Below, in pieces: positions 7,626-16,294 of a stretch of 48,761 nucleotides of DNA (position 1 is the first letter of the stretch; each line of letters starts with the position of its first letter). The stretch comes from a virus (taxonomy: Duplodnaviria > Caudoviricetes): the IMG/VR virus record IMGVR_UViG_3300011444_000002, positions 1 through 48,761 of that record, one strand, 5' to 3'. Position numbers and translations under genes: made by a program. Under the pieces are notes generated by a model. The model was not told the origin of the DNA. It made no database searches and saw nothing but the letters and a program-made list of their open reading frames with translations.

Positions 7626-8711
7626 CTAGTGGCCGCCCCAGGCCGCCCAACGCAGGCCGACCGCGTACTCCGGCTCGCGGTGGACGGCGATTCCCTGGAC
7701 GGGGTTCCCGAGCTCGTCGTACTCGATCGTCGACGTTGTCTCGTCGGGGATCCAGCGCGCCGTCCCGATCGCGAATAGCGCGGTCGAGCCGTCGCCGCGA
7801 AAGAGGACCGGCGCGGCCATGCGTAACGAGAGCTCGGAGTGCCTCGTCTGCTGGAGCCCGAGGATCTCGCGCGCCTTGTTGTTCGGCCAGACGTAGTCGG
7901 CTCCCAGGTAGAGGGAGAGAGGATGCGAGCCCGGGCCCTTGTAGGCGCGCAGGCGAGCTCCGACGAACGCCCAGGACATATCGGTCGAGAGGTCGATCTC
8001 GCCGCCGGCCGCCGTCGAGAGGGCCTCGGTCCAGGAATAGGAGAACCCGGCTCCCGGCATCGCCGCAGTAAACGTCGAGCCGTCGCCGTGCTGGAGCTGC
8101 GCGGCCTTGACGTCGACGTAGGCCCCGAGCCGCCAGAACGCGAAGATCGAGGAGTCCGGCTCCGTCACGACCTGGCCGTTCTCGGTCGTGTAGGACCTGG
8201 AGGGCTGCGCCTGCGCCGTCGAGCACCCGAGCGCGCCCAGGGCGAACACGAGAGCAAGTCCGATCATAACGATAGGTCCCATGCCGGACGGCCGGTTGAC
8301 GTCCGCGCCAGGAGCCATCGGCGCGACGTAGACGCCGGCCTTCGCCGCGACCATCGGGTCGACCTTGCCCAGGTAGGCGCGCAGATCGTCGACGGTTGCC
8401 GGCGGCCGGCCCGAGCCGTAGATCCCGCGCGCCAGGAAGTGAACGGCGACCGTCTCGACCCAGAGGACGAACACTTGGAGCGGAACGTCGGTCAGGATGC
8501 CGTGAGGCTCGGTCGGGTCGACGTAGTGAAGGACCCGCGAGACGACGAGCCAGGAGAAAAGGCCCGCGAGCGTTCCGAGGATCGGGTCCGCGTACTTCGG
8601 GAGCTCGCCCTCGACCGCACCCGTCCAGTAGTTCTTTATGACCTGGCACGCCGCGGCGATCAGCGCGGCGAATGGCAGGAGCGTAACGTTCAGTAGATCC
8701 TTGAACTCCAC
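7626..8711 (-). CDS. Putative holin fused to an internal signal peptide and an outer-membrane beta-barrel-like domain
   Basis: GGAGG RBS before GTG 8711; 361 aa. Three N-terminal hydrophobic segments with an A118-holin-like pattern, then IVMIGLALVFALGALGCSTAQA|Q, then about eight alternating amphipathic strands ending EYAVGLRWAAW. Confidence 0.6.
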   Translation of the reverse strand: MEFKDLLNVTLLPFAALIAAACQVIKNYWTGAVEGELPKYADPILGTLAGLFSWLVVSRVLHYVDPTEPHGILTDVPLQVFVLWVETVAVHFLARGIYGSGRPPATVDDLRAYLGKVDPMVAAKAGVYVAPMAPGADVNRPSGMGPIVMIGLALVFALGALGCSTAQAQPSRSYTTENGQVVTEPDSSIFAFWRLGAYVDVKAAQLQHGDGSTFTAAMPGAGFSYSWTEALSTAAGGEIDLSTDMSWAFVGARLRAYKGPGSHPLSLYLGADYVWPNNKAREILGLQQTRHSELSLRMAAPVLFRGDGSTALFAIGTARWIPDETTSTIEYDELGNPVQGIAVHREPEYAVGLRWAAWGGH

Positions 8712-8722
8712 TTGGGAACCTC

Positions 8723-9352
8723 CTACGGTTGGCCGCCCGCGAGAACGCCGGGACGGTAGGTTTCCGGCACGAGCCGGCCGAACGTCGCGAGCGAATCGTC
8801 GCGCGTCCAATTGTTCGCGCGCACGATGAGCCATGCGCGGAACTCGACGACGCTATCAGTCGCCGCAGTAACGACCGCGAATCCTCGTTTGAGGTACACG
8901 GTCGAGTCGTCGTCGACGCCGAACGCGAGAGACATTCGCGCGTCCTGGAACCCGACGTATCCCAGAGAGTCGCCGACCGCCGGAGCTCCGGAGATCATCC
9001 CCGCATAGTTGACCGAGAGCGTCCGCTTGGACTTGCGGTTCCAGTCGCCGTAGGTCGGGATCGGTGGGGACCAGAACCCGTAGGCGACTCCCGTAAGGTC
9101 GAACCGCCCGCTCGGCCAGAGCCACGCCCGCGGGAACGGCGCGCTCGACCCGGTGTCGGGGTTCGCGGAGATCGGCCGGCCTGGCGTCGTGTCGAACGGG
9201 TCGAGCAGCGGGGGAGCGTAGAGCGTGAGCGTCGCCGGGAGCGGGTCCGAGCCCGCGGCCTTCGCGCAGGGCCCGAGCATCGAGACGACGACGACCAGGG
9301 CGAGCAGGAGCGCGCCCGAGACGAACGCGAGATAGCGGTCGTGTTCTGACAT
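8723..9352 (-). CDS. Exported beta-rich hypothetical protein
   Basis: N-terminal signal peptide RYLAFVSGALLLALVVVVSMLGPCAKA; RBS AGGAG. Confidence 0.75.
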   Translation of the reverse strand: MSEHDRYLAFVSGALLLALVVVVSMLGPCAKAAGSDPLPATLTLYAPPLLDPFDTTPGRPISANPDTGSSAPFPRAWLWPSGRFDLTGVAYGFWSPPIPTYGDWNRKSKRTLSVNYAGMISGAPAVGDSLGYVGFQDARMSLAFGVDDDSTVYLKRGFAVVTAATDSVVEFRAWLIVRANNWTRDDSLATFGRLVPETYRPGVLAGGQP

Positions 9353-9356
9353 GGGA

Positions 9357-9812
9357 CTATCTCCTGGCGGCCTTGGGGACCGCGGTTTTCACCGAGTCGA
9401 CGGTCGCGGCGACGGTGTCGACGACCGCGGCGACGGTGTCAATCTTCGCCTCGACGACCTTCACGCTCGCGACGACGGCCGCCGTCTGGACGGTGCGCGC
9501 GCGCGACGCCCGCAGCTCCAGGCGGTCGATCCGCTCGATAACGGTCTGGACTCCGGACGCGATCGCGATCGTGTTCCGCTCGCCGCGTTCGAGGGCCTCC
9601 TGCGCCAGGCTTACGCCGCGCCGGATCGAGTCGGAGACCGCGGCCTGCTCGTGCTGGAGGTCGGCCTGCTTCTGCTGCTCGGATCGGCCGGCGGTGAGCT
9701 CGCGCCCGACCCAGGCGATCGCGACGAAAATCGTAAACAGGAACGAGAGGTAGACGAGCCTCCAGCTCGGCGCGAGGGCCTTCGTCGTCTGGGGTCCGGT
9801 GTCATGTTCCAT
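9357..9812 (-). CDS. Single-TM coiled-coil protein (i-spanin/Rz-like candidate)
   Basis: GGGGAGG RBS. TM LVYLSFLFTIFVAIAWVG followed by a long heptad helix (KIDTVAAVVDTVAATVDSVK). Confidence 0.6.
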   Translation of the reverse strand: MEHDTGPQTTKALAPSWRLVYLSFLFTIFVAIAWVGRELTAGRSEQQKQADLQHEQAAVSDSIRRGVSLAQEALERGERNTIAIASGVQTVIERIDRLELRASRARTVQTAAVVASVKVVEAKIDTVAAVVDTVAATVDSVKTAVPKAARR

Positions 9813-10125
9813 TCGGCCGCCTCCCCTGGATCGCCGCGAGCTCGCGGTCGTGTCGGTCGAGCTTGTGTCTTTCGACGGGTCCGTCCAGGGTATGCCGTCG
9901 ATCGTTGTCCGCATGGTCGTCTAGCTCCCCCTCGATCGAGGACATTCGGTTCTCGTGCGCCTCGCGCAGCTCCTTGAGGACTTTCTCGAACTGCTGCTGC
10001 CGGACGTAGGTTGTAACCGCCAGGGAAACGTTCGTAACCGCCCAGATCACGAGCGGCCAGGTAATCGGGGGGAGCTGTGACCAGGGAATCCCCTCTGCGA
10101 GCGGGACGACGACTGCGAGCGTCAA
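9802..10125 (-). CDS. Single-TM coiled-coil membrane protein
   Basis: TTG start overlapping the upstream TGA, with GAAGGAG RBS. TM ITWPLVIWAVTNVSLAVTTYV followed by a charged coiled coil. Confidence 0.65.
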   Translation of the reverse strand: MTLAVVVPLAEGIPWSQLPPITWPLVIWAVTNVSLAVTTYVRQQQFEKVLKELREAHENRMSSIEGELDDHADNDRRHTLDGPVERHKLDRHDRELAAIQGRRPNGT

Positions 10126-10661
10126 GGGACGAGCTCCTTCGGTGTCGAGGTTTCGAGCTCCAGCTCCAGGAACCGAGACGTCGCGCTCGCACGAGAACCC
10201 GTCGTCCGAATGGAGAATACACGTCCCGAGATCTCGTCGGTCCCCTCGACGTAGAGCCACTCCAGAAATCCCTCGTCGTCGACGGTGTACGTCGCGCTCG
10301 CCAGGTGATCGACGAGCAGCTCGCGGTCCGACGTCGACGGGCCCTCCGGCAAATGCACGGCGACGAGCGTCGCGAACGTGTCGCGGATCGCGACCGCCTG
10401 CTCGTCGGGGACCAGGTAGAGAACGCGAGCCGGGACGCGGAGCGTCGAACCGTTCCATTCCCGAACGCCCGCGGCCGCCAGGAGGAGCCCGGAGCCCGGG
10501 AGCTGGTCGTTCGCCTGGAGCTCCAGGGAGACGAACCTCGGGGAGAGCTCCCGAGGCCACTCCCAGACGAGCAGGCCGGCGGCCAGGGCGAGGAACGAGA
10601 GGGACGAGAGTCCGAGCAGCCAGGGCGCACAGACCCGCGCAGACGGGACCCTGGGCCTCAC
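10122..10661 (-). CDS. Membrane-anchored hypothetical protein
   Basis: GTGA coupling to the endolysin. TM WLLGLSSLSFLALAAGLLVWEW followed by a soluble domain. Confidence 0.65.
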   Translation of the reverse strand: MRPRVPSARVCAPWLLGLSSLSFLALAAGLLVWEWPRELSPRFVSLELQANDQLPGSGLLLAAAGVREWNGSTLRVPARVLYLVPDEQAVAIRDTFATLVAVHLPEGPSTSDRELLVDHLASATYTVDDEGFLEWLYVEGTDEISGRVFSIRTTGSRASATSRFLELELETSTPKELVP

Positions 10662-11179
10662 AGAGGGAACTCCCAGGCCCCAGGGTGAGCGATCGCCCAG
10701 GCGCGCGCCTCGTCGAGCGTCCGCGCCGGGTGGTATTCCAGGTGCGGCCGGTCCTTCCTGGTCGGCCAATCGCCGCCCCAGAGGAACCCGAGCTCCTCGG
10801 CCGCCTGCTCGATCTCGTCCCAATGGTCTGCGGGGTCGGTCGGCGTGTAGTCCCAATCGGCCGCCGCGGCGCGGTAGAGCGGGACGAAATCCAGGGCGAG
10901 CCCGTAGTAGTGCCAGGAGTCGCGCGCCGTCTGGGCGTTCGTGATCGTCGAGAGGTTCTCGGCCGCGGTCGGGGGCGTGAGGCCCTGGGCCCGGTAGAGT
11001 GTCGCAACGTCGGCTAGCGGTCGACGCCCGCGGCTCCAGTAGGCCCTCTGGAGAGCGTCGTCGCGCCTGGTCTCGGTGATCAGGACGAGCCATCCCTTAG
11101 CCGCGCAACGCCTGAGCCACTCGCCGACGAGGCCCTGGAACTTCGGGTGAAGATCTCGAACGTCTCGCCGGACCGGCAT
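10658..11179 (-). CDS. Endolysin, M15 family (L-Ala-D-Glu type) peptidase
   Basis: DLHP...ITETRR...Q...SRGR...ITNA...SWHYYGLALD...WGGDW...DRPHLE, the SxHxxGxAxD and DxxH motifs. Confidence 0.93.
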   Translation of the reverse strand: MPVRRDVRDLHPKFQGLVGEWLRRCAAKGWLVLITETRRDDALQRAYWSRGRRPLADVATLYRAQGLTPPTAAENLSTITNAQTARDSWHYYGLALDFVPLYRAAAADWDYTPTDPADHWDEIEQAAEELGFLWGGDWPTRKDRPHLEYHPARTLDEARAWAIAHPGAWEFPL

Positions 11180-11188
11180 CGCGGCCTC

Positions 11189-14100
11189 CTAGTAAACGTG
11201 CGGATTGACCGCGCGGAGCGTGACCTTGGAGCGGCCGTTAATCGGGTCGAGCGTGAACGAGCGGATCGTCGCCGCGACCGCGCGCGCGGTGTCCGGCACG
11301 ACCGGAGCTCCTGCGGGGTCGCCCTGGGGGTTGAGCGTCAGCGTCCACTTGAGCTGGCGGGGCTCCTCGACCAGGTAGCAGTCGCCCAGGTGCGGAACGA
11401 ACGTCAGCGGGAAATCGACGTCGAGCATGTAGCGCGCCTGGTCGTTCTGCTGGACGACGCGCCGCGCGAGCTCGCGGGCCCGAGCGTAGTTCAGGAACGG
11501 CGAGCGGCGCGCCGGCCGGAAGATCGAGACCCCGTATTTCTCGATCGACTCGCGCGCCGTCGCGATCTGCTTCGTGAGCTCCTGCGGATCGAGAGACAGA
11601 CCCTCGCAGTCGATCTGGATCTCGTCGCCGACCATGAAAGGGCACTCGGGGTAATCGTAGGGCTCGCCCTGATTGTTGAGCGTGCGGGACTTCGGGACCT
11701 CGAATACCATCCCGACGCCCGTCGGCCCGACCCAGAAAACCGTCCCCTCGTTGTATTCCTCGACGTTCTGGACCGGCGCGACGTAGCCGCGGATCGGGCG
11801 AAACCGTTTGATATCGTCCGCGTCTCCCCCGGAGCCGACGCGCCGGCCGGCCCAGGTCGTCCCGTCGATCACGTTCACGACCAGGAGGTCGGGGTCGCCG
11901 GCCTCGGAGTCGTCGACGTGCGGGCGAGCGATCATCCCCTTTACCAGGTTACGCGTCGAGATCGCCTGGAACTCGGTCTCGGTCTCCTCGGATCCAGGGA
12001 CGACGGTTCCCGACGGGTCCGCGGTGCGCGCGACGCCCAGAGGCCCGTCCGACCAGACGTTGTTCTCCCAGGAACGCAGGACGACGCGAGTCCCGATCGG
12101 ATACGGGAGGTCCGAGGGAGCGTGGTCGACGAGGATTACCGAGCGGTCGTTCGCCTCGTCGTGCGTAATGTCGCGAACCTTCCCGACGTAGGCCCCGATC
12201 TCGACCGAGTCGCCGTAGAGCTCGCCGTCGGCCGTCGAGAGTGAGGACTCCTCGTCGGTCCCGCGGGTCGTGTCGAGAGCTGCGATATACGGGACGACGA
12301 TCTCAAGTCCCGCGGTCGGGTCGTCGACGACGTCGTCTAGCGTCGTGATCCAGACCTCGTACTGTCCGCTCGTGGTATTGAACCGCGTATAGAGCCGCCA
12401 GAAGTCGAACCCGACGATCAGGCCGTCGCCCGCGTCGGAGTCCGAGCCGACGTTCGCGAGGCCCGTAACCGTGAGGTCGTCCCAGGAGGAGCCGTCGTCG
12501 GTCCCGCGGAAAAACCGGAACGTCCCGGTCGAGTCGAACGCGCCCGCGTAGAGGTTCCCGTTCTCGTCGACGTCGAACGCGTAGTCGTGATTCCGCGACC
12601 ATCCCGCGACCGCCGCGAGCGGGGTCGGCGCGAACGCCCCCGACCAGGACGCGCCGTCGTCGTCGGAGTAGGAGAGGTAGAAGTCGCCGCCGTCGACCCA
12701 GGCCGCCCAGGTCCGGCCGGCGGTCGTGCGCCTGACAGCGGTCGGCCGGTATTGATTCGTCCCGGTGTAGTCGGCCAGGAGGACCGTCGAGCTCGCTCCC
12801 CAGGCGTTTGACGTCACGAGGGCTCGGACCTGGTCGTGCTGATTCGCCGCGTTCGAGTAGTCCTGGACGATTACCGCGACGTTCGCGTCGACGATGTAGC
12901 CGATACGGTAGGACGGGCCCGCGCGGAACCCGAACCAGGGCGAGCTCCCCGAGGCCGAGTCGTGAATCTTCGTCTGGGAGCCGTAGGTCCCGGCTCCGGT
13001 GCGCCGCATTTGGTACACGTCGTCGAGCGTCCCGCCGCCGCCGCGTTCCTGCGTAATGAGGTCGACGATCGTCGAGGCTCCGACGACGTCGACCAGGAAC
13101 CCGGCGAACCCGCGCGTCCCGCCCGCGTCGGGCGTCGTCTCCGACCAGGTCGCGCCCGCGTCGGTCGACTCGGCGACCTGGACCGAGAACGAGCCGTAGC
13201 CGCAGAGCAGCGTCCCGTCGTCGAGGAGCTCCAGGCCGACGACGTCGAACGTGTTCGTCGCCTCTGCGTGAACGACGACCGGGCCCGTCACGAGCGCGCG
13301 CGTCGCCGCATCGTAGGACGCGAAAAGGATCTCTTTGTTCGAGCTGAAACTGGAGCCCGAGGTCGCGCGGCCGGCCCAGGCGACGTGGACGAGCCCGCGC
13401 GGGACGTCGGAGACGAACGCGGCCGCGTGGAGCCCGTTGTTAAAGTTCTTCGCGTCGACGCGGAACTGGTGCGGGGTCGGAGCTCCAGGAGCTCCCGCCG
13501 GCTCCCAGGGTTCGAGGAGCTGCGTCTCGATTACCGAGTCGGTCGAGAGCCACGCGAACCGGAGTTTCGATCGCCGCTCGCCGCCGCCAGGAGCCGTCAG
13601 GACGACGACGTTCCCGTAGCGGTCGTGCGCGATGCACCCGTCGTCCTCTGCTCCGACGACGCCGCCCTCGACGCATTTCAGGATTACTTTCTGGCGATCG
13701 AGCGACCTCTGGACGACCGAGATCGCGCCGTTCCAGGGATCGCGCGTCCAGCCGACGGGACGGGCGAGGAGCTGGACCGTCCCCTTCGGCTCGACCAGGA
13801 TCGCGCGCGAGGGAGCGACCTCTGCGTAGTTGAATACCTCGTCGTAGCCCCAATCTTTCGTAATGTCCGAGGCCGCGAGCTCGCCCGAGAGCACGTTCGG
13901 CGTCGCCTTGATCGTTCCGAGGACCGTCGTCGGCGACTCGCGCAGCTTGAAAAAGAACGCGCCGTCCGCATCGTAGCCGAACACAAAGTCGGCGATCGCC
14001 GCGAGCGCGGAGAGCGCGTCCCAGACCGTCATTTCCGAGAAGTCGGCGAGCTCGATCCGGTCGGTCATTGTGAACCCGAGCTGGTAGAGATAGCCTTTCC

Positions 14101-16291
14101 CGTTCTGCGGAATGATCTGGACGTCGGGGTCCTGCTCGGTCCCGGTGCCGGCCCCCGAAATCCCGAAGATCGCGCCGTCGCCGCCGTTGTGTTCTTTCGA
14201 GAGCACGAGGCCCGCGGCGAGGCCGGTGTCGCCGTCGACCGGCGGGAACCCGTCGTCGACCGTCACGATCGAGCCCGTCCCGTCGTCCGGCATCCTGATT
14301 AGGGAGTTCGCGCCCGCGTCCTGCCAGAACATAGCCCCGGGTCCGGTGATCCCGCCCGAGTCCCAATGCACGAGCCCCGACTGCCGGCCGGTGCTCCAGC
14401 GCGCGACGCCCGTCGTCCCGCCGCCGCCGAGATCGAGCATCGCCGCGCCCCAACAAGCCCCCCCGACCTTGGTGTAGTCGAGGAACGTAATCCCGGCATG
14501 TCCCGAGGCCGCGTACTTCGCCTCCAGGACGATCCAGCGACGCCGGCCTCGGGAGTCGCCGACCGCGAAGTTCGTCGAGAGGAAGTCGAGCGTCTGCGCC
14601 GGCTGGCCGGTGAACGCGCCCGCCGCTAGCGGCCAGGTGAACTCGACGACGATCGAGCCGACCGGCTTGTTGTTCCCGACGTCGTCCGGCGCGCCGCCCG
14701 ACCAGGCCGACTCGTCGAAATAGGTCGCCGCGACGAGCAGCTTGTTCCCGGCTGCGTTGAACTCCATCGAGGTCGGGAGGTAATACTCGTTCCCTGACAT
14801 AACGTAATAGCCGGGGTCCGAGACCGCGCCGCTCTGGATATTGCGGACGATGATCTTCGCTTTGTAGCGGTCGAGGCCCGCGTCCCAGGAAATCGTCGTG
14901 AGCGCGAGCTCGTCGGTCGCCTCGTTAAACGCGAACGCGCCCGCGTATTGCCCGTAGTTGAAACGGTGATCCGAGGGGTATCGCGGCGAGACCGACGTGT
15001 CGTCGAAATGATTGTGATAGGGCCCAATCTCGGTCATCCAGTAATCCGGAGACGTGTTATTGAGCATGGCCGACTCGAACGCGCCCGGGGCGTCGTCGTT
15101 CCAGGCGTCGTGCGCGTAGAGCGACCGCCCGGTCCCGACCGACGGCTGGCGCGCGCGCAGCCAATGGGGAGTCACGTTCGGGATATTGATTCCCGCCTGG
15201 TCGGCGTCGGCGTTAAACGGGTGCCCGCCGATAACGACGTGGAACGGCGACGCGGCCAGCTTGCGCCCGGCGCGGACATGGAAAAGCCCGGTGTAGAAGT
15301 TCGTCGAGAAGATCGAGAACTCGGTCGCCGCGGCCGGCGCGGCCGTCATGCTCGCCGTAAGCTGGACGACGTTGTCGTAAGTCACGAGGTCGACGTTCCC
15401 GGCCAGGCGAGCTGCGACGTCGGCCGTCGGGAACTCGGGCGTCCAGGCGAGGAGGACGATTTTCTGGCGCAGCGTCGAGACGTAAACGTGGTGAATCTTC
15501 GCGCCCGCGGCGATCAGAGCTGCCGGGAGTTTCGTCCAGTAGGTCCAGACGCCCGTCTCCGGGTTGAACTTCCAGAGCTCCTCCTCCAGGCCGACCCAGA
15601 TCTCGCCGTAGCCTGCGTCGGCGGGATTGTTGTTCACGGCGAGCGGCGACCCGTAAATCGTGTAGTCGCGCGCGGTCTCCGGCGGCCGCGCGAACGACGA
15701 GATAACCGGACCGTCCTCGCGCGTCGCGTCGGAGATCGGGATCTGGTAGGAGTCCTCGATCTCGGAGAACGCGGCGACCTCTGCGACGGTGTGACGCGTT
15801 TCGAGGAGCCGCCGCACGAGGAACCCCGTCGGCATGTTGACCCACCATTGTTTCCCGCGGCGCACGCGGTCGGCCTGGGCGTCGACGAGCAGGGACGTCA
15901 GGGTCCGGAGCGTGATCGTCGCCTGCGGGAGGTTCGCGCGCGTCGTGATCCGGTCGAGGACCCAGACGCCGAGACGCTCGGTCCCGCCGAGAGTCACGAG
16001 GGAGATCCGGCAGCGGAGCCGCTTCCAGGTTTTCGCGACGAACGTCGACGGCGGGGGCGAGTCCCAGAATCGGTCGTCGTTCCGGACGGTCAGGGTCGAG
16101 AGCTGGACGTCGAACGCGCCGGTCTCTTTCTCCTGGCGCGCCGTCAGGCCCGACCCGACGTTCACGAGCCGTTCCTGCGTGAACCGATCCGAGAGGTCGA
16201 TCCAGGAGCCGTTCGTGTCGCGGACCTCGAATAGAACGCGGACTGGCCGTCTACGCTGCGCGAGCGCGTCGTTTACCGTCCCGTAAGTCAT
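11189..16291 (-). CDS. Large tail tip/host-recognition protein with a BNR (Asp-box) beta-propeller
   Basis: 1700 aa, downstream of the tape measure and distal tail genes. Asp-boxes STDAGATW, SDDDGASW, TDDGSSW. Hub-like segments TVWDALSALAAIADFVFGYDADGAFFF and ARESIEKYGV. Confidence 0.8.
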   Translation of the reverse strand: MTYGTVNDALAQRRRPVRVLFEVRDTNGSWIDLSDRFTQERLVNVGSGLTARQEKETGAFDVQLSTLTVRNDDRFWDSPPPSTFVAKTWKRLRCRISLVTLGGTERLGVWVLDRITTRANLPQATITLRTLTSLLVDAQADRVRRGKQWWVNMPTGFLVRRLLETRHTVAEVAAFSEIEDSYQIPISDATREDGPVISSFARPPETARDYTIYGSPLAVNNNPADAGYGEIWVGLEEELWKFNPETGVWTYWTKLPAALIAAGAKIHHVYVSTLRQKIVLLAWTPEFPTADVAARLAGNVDLVTYDNVVQLTASMTAAPAAATEFSIFSTNFYTGLFHVRAGRKLAASPFHVVIGGHPFNADADQAGINIPNVTPHWLRARQPSVGTGRSLYAHDAWNDDAPGAFESAMLNNTSPDYWMTEIGPYHNHFDDTSVSPRYPSDHRFNYGQYAGAFAFNEATDELALTTISWDAGLDRYKAKIIVRNIQSGAVSDPGYYVMSGNEYYLPTSMEFNAAGNKLLVAATYFDESAWSGGAPDDVGNNKPVGSIVVEFTWPLAAGAFTGQPAQTLDFLSTNFAVGDSRGRRRWIVLEAKYAASGHAGITFLDYTKVGGACWGAAMLDLGGGGTTGVARWSTGRQSGLVHWDSGGITGPGAMFWQDAGANSLIRMPDDGTGSIVTVDDGFPPVDGDTGLAAGLVLSKEHNGGDGAIFGISGAGTGTEQDPDVQIIPQNGKGYLYQLGFTMTDRIELADFSEMTVWDALSALAAIADFVFGYDADGAFFFKLRESPTTVLGTIKATPNVLSGELAASDITKDWGYDEVFNYAEVAPSRAILVEPKGTVQLLARPVGWTRDPWNGAISVVQRSLDRQKVILKCVEGGVVGAEDDGCIAHDRYGNVVVLTAPGGGERRSKLRFAWLSTDSVIETQLLEPWEPAGAPGAPTPHQFRVDAKNFNNGLHAAAFVSDVPRGLVHVAWAGRATSGSSFSSNKEILFASYDAATRALVTGPVVVHAEATNTFDVVGLELLDDGTLLCGYGSFSVQVAESTDAGATWSETTPDAGGTRGFAGFLVDVVGASTIVDLITQERGGGGTLDDVYQMRRTGAGTYGSQTKIHDSASGSSPWFGFRAGPSYRIGYIVDANVAVIVQDYSNAANQHDQVRALVTSNAWGASSTVLLADYTGTNQYRPTAVRRTTAGRTWAAWVDGGDFYLSYSDDDGASWSGAFAPTPLAAVAGWSRNHDYAFDVDENGNLYAGAFDSTGTFRFFRGTDDGSSWDDLTVTGLANVGSDSDAGDGLIVGFDFWRLYTRFNTTSGQYEVWITTLDDVVDDPTAGLEIVVPYIAALDTTRGTDEESSLSTADGELYGDSVEIGAYVGKVRDITHDEANDRSVILVDHAPSDLPYPIGTRVVLRSWENNVWSDGPLGVARTADPSGTVVPGSEETETEFQAISTRNLVKGMIARPHVDDSEAGDPDLLVVNVIDGTTWAGRRVGSGGDADDIKRFRPIRGYVAPVQNVEEYNEGTVFWVGPTGVGMVFEVPKSRTLNNQGEPYDYPECPFMVGDEIQIDCEGLSLDPQELTKQIATARESIEKYGVSIFRPARRSPFLNYARARELARRVVQQNDQARYMLDVDFPLTFVPHLGDCYLVEEPRQLKWTLTLNPQGDPAGAPVVPDTARAVAATIRSFTLDPINGRSKVTLRAVNPHVY

Positions 16292-16294
16292 GGA

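Noticed and set aside
11189-16291. Diversity-generating retroelement or invertible tail locus
   Set aside because: No reverse transcriptase, invertase or template/variable repeat pair was noticed.
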